Positions 25,027-37,200 of a stretch of 64,000 bases of DNA are shown piece by piece. Position 1 is the first letter of the stretch. Each line of letters opens with the position of its first letter. Source of the DNA: Cycas panzhihuaensis. Taxonomy: Eukaryota; Plantae; Cycadophyta. The stretch lies in NCBI GenBank assembly GCA_023213395.1, contig CM041465.1:75895741-75959740 (forward strand), read 5' to 3'. Under the pieces are notes generated by a model, which was not told the origin of the DNA, ran no database searches, and saw only the letters and a program-made list of their open reading frames with translations. A program made the position numbers and the translations under genes.

Positions 25027-25199
25027 TGGTATCAAAATGAAATTCTAAATTCATATAAGGATGAAGAGCCTATTGTAGCTCTGTAAAGTCTTTTAATAGT
25101 TTATATGAGAAGTTTGAATGATGGATGTATGTTATACATTATTCTTTAAGTAGGTTAATGAGGAGTAATATAGCCCATTATTACTTGAGATGAAGGAGT

Positions 25200-26360
25200 T
25201 ATTAGAGATATATAAGAAGGTCATGCCTAAGTAGTTGCAAAAAAGCTACCCCTTGTAACAAATGTGGCTCATTATGTTGATTTAATTCTTGGTTCTAGTT
25301 TACCTAACTAGGTGAGATATAAAATAAATCCTTAAGAACATGATGAAATTAATAAACAAATTCAACAATTATAGAGAAGGGGTTTATTAAAGAGAGTTTG
25401 ATTCCATACTTAACACCTACTTTATTAACACCAAAGGAGGATGAGGCTTTGTAAATATATAGTGCTTCATGTACCATCAACAAGATCACCATCAAGTATA
25501 TTTTTTTTTATTGAGAATGGACAACATGATGGATGTTCTTATAGGAGTGTAATATTTTTAAAATGTTTATCTTCATAGTGGATATTACTAAATTTAAATT
25601 CAAAAATAATATAAATGGAAAACTAGCTTTAAAATAAAAAATGGTCTATATAAATAGTTGATGATGATATTTGGACTTTCTAATACCCTAAGTATGTTCA
25701 TGTATTTGATGAATGTGGTGCTGAATATATTCTTGGATAAGTTTATAATTATGAATTTTAATGATATATTAGTATTTAGAAAATCCTAAGAGGAGCATAT
25801 GAAACACTTGTAGATGGGTTTTGATTTGCTTCAGAAAGAGAAATTGTATATGAACCTAAAGAAATGCATCTTCCTACAAAATAAATTGGTGTATTTAAGA
25901 TTTGTTGTTTTATAGAATAGACTATCTATCGATCCTAAAAAGGTGAGAGAGATCATTGAATGGTGGGTTTTAACCATCATAACAAGTGTCAAGAGTTTTT
26001 ATAAAATTATAAGTTTATGTAGGAAATTCATTAAGAATTTTAGTGGTATTATAGCTCCAATAATAAATTTTATCAGGGGTAGTGTATTTTAGCAAACAAG
26101 GATAACTTAGAAGAGTTTTGAATTATTGAGGAGAAATTTTTTTAAAGTAGTAATGTTGGCCTTAATAGACTTTAATAAGGCTATTAAAGTTTAATGCAAT
26201 ACTTTGAAGGTAAGCATTGGTGTTGTGCTTAATCAAGAATGCAAACTAATTATATTTTTTAGTGAGAAGATGAATGAGGCAAGAAAGAGATAGTTTACTT
26301 ATGATTTAGAGTTTTATACAATAGCACAAGCACTAAATTTTTGAATACATTATTTACTCT
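25200..26360 (+). pseudogene. pol: Highly degraded chromovirus-like (CRM-type) RT-RNase H fragment
   Basis: HYVDLILGSSLPN, TINKITIKY, LHSGYY, FFSEKMNEARKR*FTYDLEFY...HYLL. Confidence 0.75.
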
Positions 26361-28356
26361 TGTTCACTTGAGATTTAGGTGGTCCCAAACAAATTAAACC
26401 TCTCTCATAGAGAGGGGAAAGTACCAAAGAGGGTGCGGAAACCAATCTAAAACTTACTTAAGGTGAGACATAATGTAAGGTGAGACAAGATAATAGTAGA
26501 TAAGATTGAGGTAAGTCTAGACAAGGTTATGACTCAAAAGATATTTAAAAGAAGAAAGAGGTGGAGAAGGGGAGTATAAACAAGTGGAAAGTAGAGAAAA
26601 GAAGAATCCTATAAAATCACCCAACTAAAGTTCCCCCATCCCTAGTGTTAATAAGTCTTTATCTAATGTATATATGTATCTACACTCATCCTTAAGCTTA
26701 GGAAGAACATGGTCTTAATATATTGAAGAAATAGTATGGGGAACTAAACCTCAAAAGGCATATCAGAACTCACTAATATAAAATTAGCAATTGGTGACCA
26801 CTAAAGGCCTTACTAAAAAGTCAAGGGGGTCCCCTCAATTCTCCTTATTACTCCACCTAAAAGAAAAAACTACCTTTATATATCTCCTTGACCTCTCTTA
26901 TATGATACATCCATAGCATATTAGTTCTAGTATGGATCTTGAGTTTATATATACAGGAGTGATCTTTGTGGATATTGCTTCCACTATAGAGAGGTAGATA
27001 CAATGTAAGAAAGTAAAAGCAAATAATGAAGGTGCAACTAATATGCTCACTTAAGTAATCTTAAATAAATTCAAGTTATACTACCTACTATATAGGCATG
27101 CTAGGCAAATAATATAAAAGAAACAAGTATAGTCAAACATGCAATAATATGAAAAGAAAATAAGTAATCGAGGGTCCTAGGATCCATGTGTATTTACACT
27201 TAGCTTTCCTCTAATTCATATATCTAAATAAATATATAAGAAAACCTGACATGCAACTAAAATGAAATAAGGAAAGAAGGGTGAGAAAAGAAGGGAATTA
27301 CCCCTTCAATTTCTTTTATTTGCTCTTTTTTCCTAATATTTTGATGTTGTTTTAACTTTTTTGATTTTAAGGTACCTTTTTATGGTTCAAAAAAATGATC
27401 TAAACTAAAAGGAATCTATTACATCACCAAACAAGAAAATGTTATGCAAAGAATAAGTTAGATAAATCCTCTTGCTATATAAAAAATTAAAATGAAATAG
27501 TTGAAAGAGGAATGTAAAACTAGCCCTTATTAATCAAATGAGAGTAGATTTATTACCTAAACAAGAAGCATGAAGTAAAGAATGCACACCCTAAAGCAAG
27601 TAGTCATCAAAAGTATAAAAGAGTAATGTGCACTAAATTATACCTAAGTAAGAGGAGGCAAACACCTCAGATCCATGCTTGGAAGGTTTTGTAATCCTCT
27701 TATACTACTAATAGATGGAAAGGGAGGTGAAATACAGTGCACAGAATTCAAATAGGATGAAAAGATTCAAAGGAGATTAGTCTTAATCAATACCATAATC
27801 AAGGTTAAGCCTCTTAATTAGAAGCTCAATCACAAGAAAACACAAGAAGGCAACAACAAGTTCCAAGCAAAATAAAAGAAGTATATACATAATAACAAGT
27901 AAGCCCTAAACAATCTCAAGTAAAATCAACCATAAAGGACTTTAAATAATAAGATTAGAAAATGTGTCATTAAAATCATGATCAACTTAATACATAATAA
28001 GAGAGAAAGGCAAGAGCAATCAAAGCATGTAGCATAGAAAAAACTAGCATAAAATGGATACAAGGAAATGGGAAGATTTCAAGCCCAATGCCCACTAAGT
28101 GAGGGAAGATGTTTGGACATAATGGAAGAGGAGATCTAAATTAAATTTTTGAAAGAATAAACTAAGGACATAAGTAAATCAATAAAACATGTTATCCAAA
28201 ATAAGAAAAAAAGTAAACTACCCCTAACTACTTACAAAATTTAAGAGAAGGGAGAAAAAATTGTCATTAAGAAATTATTGATTACTAAAATAAATTAGAC
28301 AATAAACTCATAAAAAGGAGCCATTTTAATAAGCTAAATATTAAAGGAGAGATCCC

Positions 28357-31300
28357 TATTAGAAGATAACATTTAATTTTGGGTTATATATTTAATGTTT
28401 AATTGATTACATTATATTAGTGCATGTTAAGGGTCCTTTTATTATAGTTTAAGGGTTAGTCACAACTTAATGTTGTGAACTCTAAGTGTATGGGGTCATT
28501 TATTCACACATTTTTATAACACCCTTGTATGGTGATCATACAAGGTGCCACATATCATCTTGCATGATCAACCCTTCGTATTTGTATCTTATATAACAAA
28601 TTAATGTAAAATCTATATGTACACACTTATTTTTTAATACATCAATAGAAATATACAAGTTTCAGTATGGATCATTTTGTTTTTATTATATTTTGAGTGT
28701 GTACATTTCAATAACTTGGTATTAGAACCATTCTTAGCAGGTTTTAAGAGGTAGTCCTCCTCCCTCTCAAGATGGAACCTCTAAAACCTAGGATGTGAAT
28801 GTCATGTGACAACAAAAGAGAAGTGTAGCATTGCCATGAGGTTTAACAAAGGTAAAATGTTGGGACAACATCTTTTAACCATTCCTAGTAACCCTCTACT
28901 ACCCTTATGGTAGATTATTTTTCTAGTTTAGCTTCCACTCCATTGCCTAGGAAAACAATACCAAGGGGGTATCGATAGAACCCTAGTATTGAGTTATGAT
29001 ACTAAAAATTCAATTCCAAATTGCCATAAGCTATGCATATCCTTTCAGTTTCCTTTATCATTAGATGGTTTTAATAACATGCAATTAAATGAGAGCTCCA
29101 TTACTAGTGCCTCACAACCTACATTGCAGTCTAACGAGCTAGAATTGCTTAGAAAGCCAATGGCAATTATCCTTAATAATATTTAAGTCAAGATCCTAAA
29201 TAATGAATCAACATGTTCCTCCTCTTTGGGGATGGGACCTCTATCAGTGGAGGACATTTCAAAGTGGTGTCATCTAAACATGAGTTTCCTAATTACATTT
29301 TTACTTCTAAGGAAATGAATAGGTTTTAGACTATCACAATGTGGATAATTCGCTATTGTATGCCCAGTTGGCCATTCTGAAGTGTTAGATTTTTATTTTA
29401 GGGGTAATCACATTGTGTATGATGCAAGGACCAAATCCCTAATTAGAAGAGCACTAATGCTCCTCCTTAGAAGAAGTTTACTTGTTATGTGATTGGTGAT
29501 AAGGCCTTTGTTGCGGGTAGTTCCTATAAAGGGGATTATACTAGAGAAACCATTGTTGATGTAGAGTAGCATATTTTGGAGTTCAATGTATGGAAGCCCA
29601 CTGCACATATGCCTAGGAGGAGATATGGAGGATGCCCTTAGGATGGAGGAAGCTACAAGGGCTCAAGTAATGACCACTATAATTGTAATCATTTTGGTCC
29701 ATATGATTGTCCAAGTGGTAGTGGATCTATTCTTCTTATGATGATCACCATTGAGAAAGGTCATATTATATGCCAGTTTTAAAGCCTTGTAAAAATCAAA
29801 TTTTGAAGCTGTGTTGAGTATGAAAACACTGTGAATTAATTTCACATCTACTTATACCTATCTTAATGTTTTTGTTGTTTATTATACCATATAACTAGTT
29901 AAAAATTACATACTTGAATTCTAAGGCTAGACTAAATCTTGGGATTTTATTATTTTATATCCTTTTTGGTCTTCTAAGATGGGATATTTGAAGACATACC
30001 ACTTTTGAGTATTGCCTATAGTGTATAAATTTTCTTGACTTTATTAAGTTGGGATGTTATGTTCCATGATTGATAATTTATATTTTAAAGGTAGTCCTCA
30101 AGACCTGCACTATGTTATTGTAATTCCTTTGGGTTATATGCTCTAGTGTGTTTTCTTTCACTATAAGTAGAGCATTTATACTATTTTGTCTAAGCTAGAA
30201 CTTATCCATGGAAAGTAGTACTCTCCTAAGTAGTGACTAGATGTAGTAGTTAACTAGCAACAACAAAAATATGGATATCACATTCCTATGTCCAAATATA
30301 ATGATTTGGTTAATGAGCCTAAATAACAACTAGATTCAAAAAATGGTAAATTTTGGTAATAGCTATGTTGTAGGTAGATTTTATTATTTGAGGTGTACCA
30401 ACCTAAGTCTATTATATGCCTTCCCTATCATCAATGTGATATATCCAACTCCTTGGTATGGATTGAACCTATTTTTCAGCTTCCTTTAAAATACCTTGCA
30501 TTAGTAGGTATCTTTAACATAGGAAATGTATTCTATATGTCCATCTAAAGGATGTTATAACTATGGATGTTGAAATCTAATTTTGTTATTTGTATAGTAA
30601 TTGTTGAGTATTTAGAAAGCTCTCCATATCTTGAATTTCTAATTTAGATGTGTTAGGAGAAATGCAAAGCCCATAATCAATCAATTCAATAGCATTTCAA
30701 TTCTTATATTTGTTTAGAGGTTAAATGATCACCATTCACATCACTCTAGTGGCATCAATGGCTACTTATTAAGGAGTAGTTTTCACGGGAGCATTTTAAA
30801 TGTGTATGTATTTAGCTACATCAAGACCTTACATATCCTCCATTATTTATGTAACAAACTATAGTTATTGCTACTATTACAATAACTATGTTTGACTGAT
30901 TTATAATTTTATAAATGTATTTCCTATACTACATTTTATTTTAGCATGTGATGGATGTAAATATAATATTTTTAGGTTTGGAGGCATAACAAATTTGCCC
31001 TATTTATTACCTTTTATCATGATGTTTATTAAGTTTAGAAGCATAACTAATTTACTCTCCTTATCATCATCAATAATGGTGTTTTTTTCTTTTTATGAAA
31101 TATGGCATGAATTCCACTTCCTTCTCTTAAAGATATGTTGATATTTATAATTGGAGTTCTACTCAATAAGTGCACCATCACTTGCATTTTTCTTAGGATG
31201 TAGTAGTATAGATAACATTCATATATGATAGAATGTCTACATCTATGATATCTATGTAGCTAGGTAGTTTGATTAGCTCATAGAATACATGTTAGACAAA

Positions 31301-31829
31301 GATCTACTTTGTGTTGATGAACCATATATGTAAAGGCATTACCTAGGAAACTAACAGACATAACAGTTGATCACCCATGTGATCCAATGGATGGTGATAT
31401 CTTTATATAGACAACAACATAATTTTATTTGATATATTTTTTTATTGTAAAAATTAAATATTATGGGGGGATGTTGGAAGATAATATTTAATTTTAGGTT
31501 AGATGCTTAATGTTTAATCGATTATATTATGTTAATCCATGTTAAAAGTCCTTTTTCTATAGTTTAGGGGTTAGTTATTACTTAATATTATGAACTCTAA
31601 ATGTGTAGGGTCATTTATTCATACATTTTTTATAACGCCTTTATAAGGTGATCATACAAGGTGCCATGTATCACCTTGCATGATCAATCCTTTGTATTCC
31701 TATCTTATGTAATGAATTAATATAAAAGTTATGTGTACACATTTATTTGTAAATACATCAATAGAAACATATAAGGTTCAATGTGGTTCATTTTATTTTT
31801 GTTATATTTTGAGTGTGCACATTTTAACA
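28357..31829 (+). mobile_element. 3.5-kb LTR retrotransposon (Copia-like ends; non-autonomous or decayed)
   Basis: LTRs 28357-28713 and 31472-31829; perfect TSD ATCCC (28352-28356 / 31830-31834); Met-type PBS TGGTATTAGAAC at 28717; PPT ATGGGGGGA at 31463; no recognisable intact ORF. Confidence 0.9.
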
Positions 31830-32286
31830 ATCCCTAAGTGATGAGAAATAATAAGGTATTGATCTTAAGCAGTCCAAGTGACCTAATAAATTTAATAACT
31901 AAGAGAAAGCCAATAAAAGTTTTTCACAACTAAGAAAATGTCCAAATATGCTAAACACTCTTACAAAATAAAAATTATCAATGACCAAAATTTAAAGTGA
32001 TAATGAATAAAATCTCAAAGTCAATAATGCTCAAAAGATTAATGGAGTGATAAAAGATCCCACACTAAATGATCTTTTAGGATTAAATAAGGTACTATAG
32101 AATATGGTTTTAATAAGAAACCATTATATTTTTAGACCATAGTATCTTTACATGTCTTTGATCTAGTATAAAGACTAAAACTAAAATTAAAATAATAAAA
32201 ATCTTATTTTTTTCTAATTTTAGAGTGGCACAATTGATACTACTAGAATAGGTAGGATTTCACTATAATTACATTAGTCGTGTCAT

Positions 32287-32349
32287 AAATTTTGGCAATA
32301 CTACTAAGAATTCTAACACTACTAATTCTTAGTAGTAATACCACAATTT
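32287..32349. repeat. Inverted repeat / hairpin (26-bp arms, 11-nt loop)
   Basis: Perfect core TACTACTAAGAATT (32299-32312) / AATTCTTAGTAGTA (32324-32337). Confidence 0.8.
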
Positions 32350-34218
32350 GTACCATAATGTTAGATCCCATCAAGAATTTTGGTAGCACTATCACAATTC
32401 ATAATGTAATGTTGTAATCCTCTTAAAATTCTTAATATAGTTAGTGTACGTGGTGAGATAATCCCATAAAATTCTCAAAAATATAAAATGCAATTTCTCA
32501 AGTAGAAACATGTAGACATATTAATGAAAATTTTCTAATAAGAAAGCAAATCACATTAAAAGAGGGGTGGTTAGTAGTACAAAGAGTATAAACCTTTGAT
32601 CCTTGCATGATAGAGCTATGTTTTCCAATCATTGATGCCCTAAAAGTCAACTACTCATAGTATAAAAGAATTTCACATCAAATAAACCATTTATAACAAA
32701 GTAAAAGTGATGAGAAAATGATACCTAAATACCAAGGAGCCCAAAAGTTTGGGACAATATTTACCTCCTTGATAAATAAATCTCAGTGATAGGAGCATTG
32801 TAAAATATTAAAAGTTATTAATAAATATCATTTCTAGGTATTGAGCAAGGATATGGTAAATAAGACTATTGATCTCATTATTTTAGGCTATAAGTATATG
32901 GTGAATTTATATGTAGGTAAATTACACTAAGAAAAAATTATTTAAGTTGATAAGCATATAAAAATAGGGGCTAAGCTTTTATTAGATGGCAGTCAATTAG
33001 TGGACAATCAAGAGAAAATCTATGCAAAGAAGAATATTAGAGAGTTAAGAATAGATTGCATCTTAGAGGGCCCTAATAGCATCGACATACTCAACTAGGT
33101 TATTTGTAGCAAAGGTGAGGAAAAGCCTAGCACTCCTAACAACTCGACTAGAAGGAAGTCAAATGACCCAAACAATAATGAAAGGCCTAGGGTTTTCTTA
33201 GATTCCCCTATTTATATGGATAATGAATGCCATTAATGTAGTTAAACCCATAGGAGTTTAATCAAGGGACTATTAGAGGGATGAGAAAGGATGGGAAGAA
33301 ATTAGAAAGAAAGATGTTTGGGAAAAACCACAAGGAAACAAGGGCATTTACATGTAGCATAAGGTTAAAAGATGACATCCACAATAAGTTTTGATCTAAA
33401 CAATAGCCTCAATGGCTAGAAATGCATTGAATCCAAAGGTCCTAAAGGGAACAAACAATCTAGATCAAGACTACTAAGCAATAGATACAAGCAAGGTCAT
33501 CACTTGACATATCTTAGATGCTAAGATGTTGTTTCCATTGGGAAGCTCAATACTTCACTTTAGTACTTAATTATTTACTTAATTACATGTCATAATATCA
33601 ATTAGGATTCAATCATTAGAGGGGATTTGTAATTTACAATCAAGATCTGGAGTCACTAAATGATTTAGTTAACTTAGATTTAAACTACCAAGTGGTGGGT
33701 GAGGATAGGACTATTATGCGACCTATACCAAATGCCAAGTTGGTGATTTACAATAATAATTATTATAAAAAAAAGGCATGCACTATATAGTAAATGTCTT
33801 ATTTACTTTTTTTTTTTTTTATAGAATGGATGAATCATATGATTCCCTAACCAAACAAAGGAAATGAGAAAGATTTCTAGAATTGATATCCCTTGAACCA
33901 ACAATGCATAAGTATAATCATTAATGAAGTTATGATATAGATGGAAAGAGAGCAAGAGGAAACCTATAACTAAGTGATTAAAGCCTAAATGCTTAGTGAG
34001 TGCAAAGTTGGTTTTCATCAACTATGGAAAATGAGAGTAGAACAATTTGAAAAGGAAATAAAAGACCAAGAAGAATTAAATTAGAATGATAATAAAGAAG
34101 CTCATGTAACAATATGTAAACCTAGATAATTTAAATAGAAACAAGGGACTTGCAAATAAAAGTATATAAACTTAGTAGTGATAAGAAAGCATTAGGATCA
34201 CCAAATGGAAGTGAATGA

Positions 34219-37200
34219 TGTTAAAATTTATTATATAAGATAATATATCAAAATATTGAATGAAACAAAAGATGTGTGAAATAATCATCAATATAAAATT
34301 GTAATGAACACTAATGAAATATAAATATTCATGAGATATTTATGATAAACATTCAAGTATAATAATGAAGTATATACACATCAATAAGCACAATAATTAT
34401 AAGAGAAATATAACACATGAGACACTAGATTTATGCATGGATGCATGGAATTCTTAGGATGGGAAAAAGCACAAGATAATGGGGAGCATAGTTGTCTCTA
34501 TTACCTAATCTCAAAATGTTCACATGATATGTATACATATTTATAAGTTTATCACCTTATGTATCAACCAATCATGTCATGTTAATACATCAAATAGTCA
34601 CATTATATATGTGAGAATCCTTCCATGTTGATTAATTATAACTTTGACTATTTGAATACTAATTAAACATTAGATTGATAATCATAAACTTAATTATTTC
34701 AACACTTCTAATATTCCCTTTAATATTTAATATGTATATTTTTAAATATCTTTATATTCGTGTCTTTATCATGTATCTTTATATTCATGTCTTCATGTTA
34801 GATCACCTATTACTCTATATCTTCATTTTAACTATAAATCAATATGTTAAATCTATATTTATTGCTTATTCTTCTACAAATAAATCTTATCATATCATCA
34901 ATGTATTATGTCATGGCTCACCACATGTAAATCCATTAATCTCAATCAAACAAACAACTATAATTTATAAATCTCAGCTCATTATGATATATGAAGTTTT
35001 TCTCATTATCAAATTCATATCTTCCACCTATAAGTTTAAAATAAAACTCATTAACTTAACATGAAACCAATTCAATGATGTCCATATAAAACAACTACCA
35101 TTTATGATTGTAATCACTAGTTATCTAGGAAACATTTCTTATGCATGGCTTATTAGCTTCATAAATATTATTGTTAGATAAATATGTTGTATAAGAGTAA
35201 CTTATGAATCTTTTTTACCTTTTGCCTATGAGATACATATATGTTCTACCTTCATCAATAATTCTATACATACCTCCATAACTTTAGTGATAATCTATCT
35301 CATCAAACTCATTCTTAACCAATTCAACCAACCAACCTTAGGAATAGGGTGTACCACCTAGCCAGTAAAGTTAATGGCAACAAAGTAACATATAATAATA
35401 TATTTCCATACCTCTTGTCATACGTAGCAATCAAATTTCTAACCAAAAGATATATATTAGTAAGACTCCTTAACAACTAAACCTATTTTTATGGATAACC
35501 CACAACCATTATTGCTAATTTTAATAAACAAACTTATGAGACTTCTTCCTTATCTTATGTTAGATAGGCAAATACTATTGACATCAAGAACTCTCAAACA
35601 ACAACTAAATGCTAACTTTCATCTAAATAATAGGTAGTTCTAAATATGTTTTCATTCAATCATTCACATACCAAATCATGTAATCAAATCAAATGATTTT
35701 ATCATCATTCCATATCCAATTTTATTTAATTAGTGGAGCACACTTTGCTATATGAAATATATTTATACATTAGGGGGATTAATATCAATATACCAATCAT
35801 ATATTTTCCTTATCCATCATTATAGGTTCCTCAAATATACTTCATAACTTAAATTTAAGCCATAAAATATCATAAATAAGTCTTAAATATGTTTCTTTTA
35901 CCATTTTTAATCAAATATTTATAATAACCTATTATTAACCATGCATTTATATTAATTTATCTTAAAATATAATATTTAATATGGGTTTATGTATATCCCT
36001 CTTATCTTTTATTAACTCTCTCATGGGTATTTTGTATTAAGTTATTAATATGTGCATGTAATACATACCTATTCATGTAAATGTCCCATTGGTGGACTTA
36101 AAGGTTCTTACACCTGATTAGTTAAGTATGAGATCACATGTATTATAAGTATGCATTCATACATAACGCAATAATTGAAAGGTGATCATTTTCTCACGTC
36201 TTTGTTGTATTTTATATTGTATATACTTAATATTTTGTTTACTCCATTTATTGTTTTATCTTTAATCTATTATACTTATAATATATTTTACATTCATATT
36301 TTTATTATACTTTTAAAGGTGATCTTTGATTCTCATATTTTAACATGGTATCAATGTGGGGTTGAATCCAAGCCACTAAGAGGAGGTGAATGTCCTATCT
36401 ATTAAGATTTTGGGCATGTTGATAAGCTTGTTTAGGAACTTATGAAGTAGATATTCATAGAGTCAAATACCATGCTACATAGTTACCTAGTCATTTATTG
36501 GTACTAGGTTACAAAAACACCACTTTATACCATACAAATTTGACATAGTTTGAGTAATTCCCATCTAAAGGAGAAACCCTGTTAGCCATACCTTAAGTAG
36601 AAATAAGAAATGAAATTGCTATGTCAAGCAAGAATTACCTAGCTATCATCAGCTTCCATGGAGGAGACTACAAATCATATAATACATGAGTAAAGATCGA
36701 GTCACACATAGGTCCTATGGAAGGTTTACAACTACCATTAGAGAAGGAGAAGCTATAGCCATGCCTACAACCACATAGCTATTGCATGTTGAAGAAATTC
36801 TACCATGGAATCATATAGAGATAAAACTCAAAATAGAGACACCCTCGCCCATAAACTACTAAAAGGAGAGGAGATGAGCATGCACTCCCAAATTGTCTTT
36901 ACACCATGCCACAGATTGAGTAGAAGTGTATGATGCTCTAAAAGCATCTTGGTGTTACCCATGCTATGTAGATTAATGATAGTTAATGGAGAATGACTCT
37001 CAAAATAATCCATGGTCCATTGGAGAGGTTGCCATATGAATTACCCACAACCATGAATTTACATAAAATTAAAAATGGCCACTCCTTAATTACCTAATAC
37101 CAAAGAAAATAGAGTTGAGTTGCCCTTGGTTTAATGTTGCATGACCCAATTGAACTATGATGATTCTAGCTAAAGCTATTTCCCTTTATTATAGGAGTCA

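Noticed and set aside
26361-32232. Possible minus-strand solo LTR (TG...CA) hosting the 28357-31829 element
   Set aside because: It looks LTR-like, but the flanks ACTCT/ATTGA are not a TSD and the boundaries cannot be supported
32799-33750. Possible solo LTR or 3' LTR of element A
   Set aside because: No matching TSD, PPT or partner copy in the window
34675-35064. 129-aa hydrophobic ORF (and similar I/L/Y/F-rich ORFs in 28-52 kb)
   Set aside because: Chance ORFs in very AT-rich decayed repeats, with no motifs
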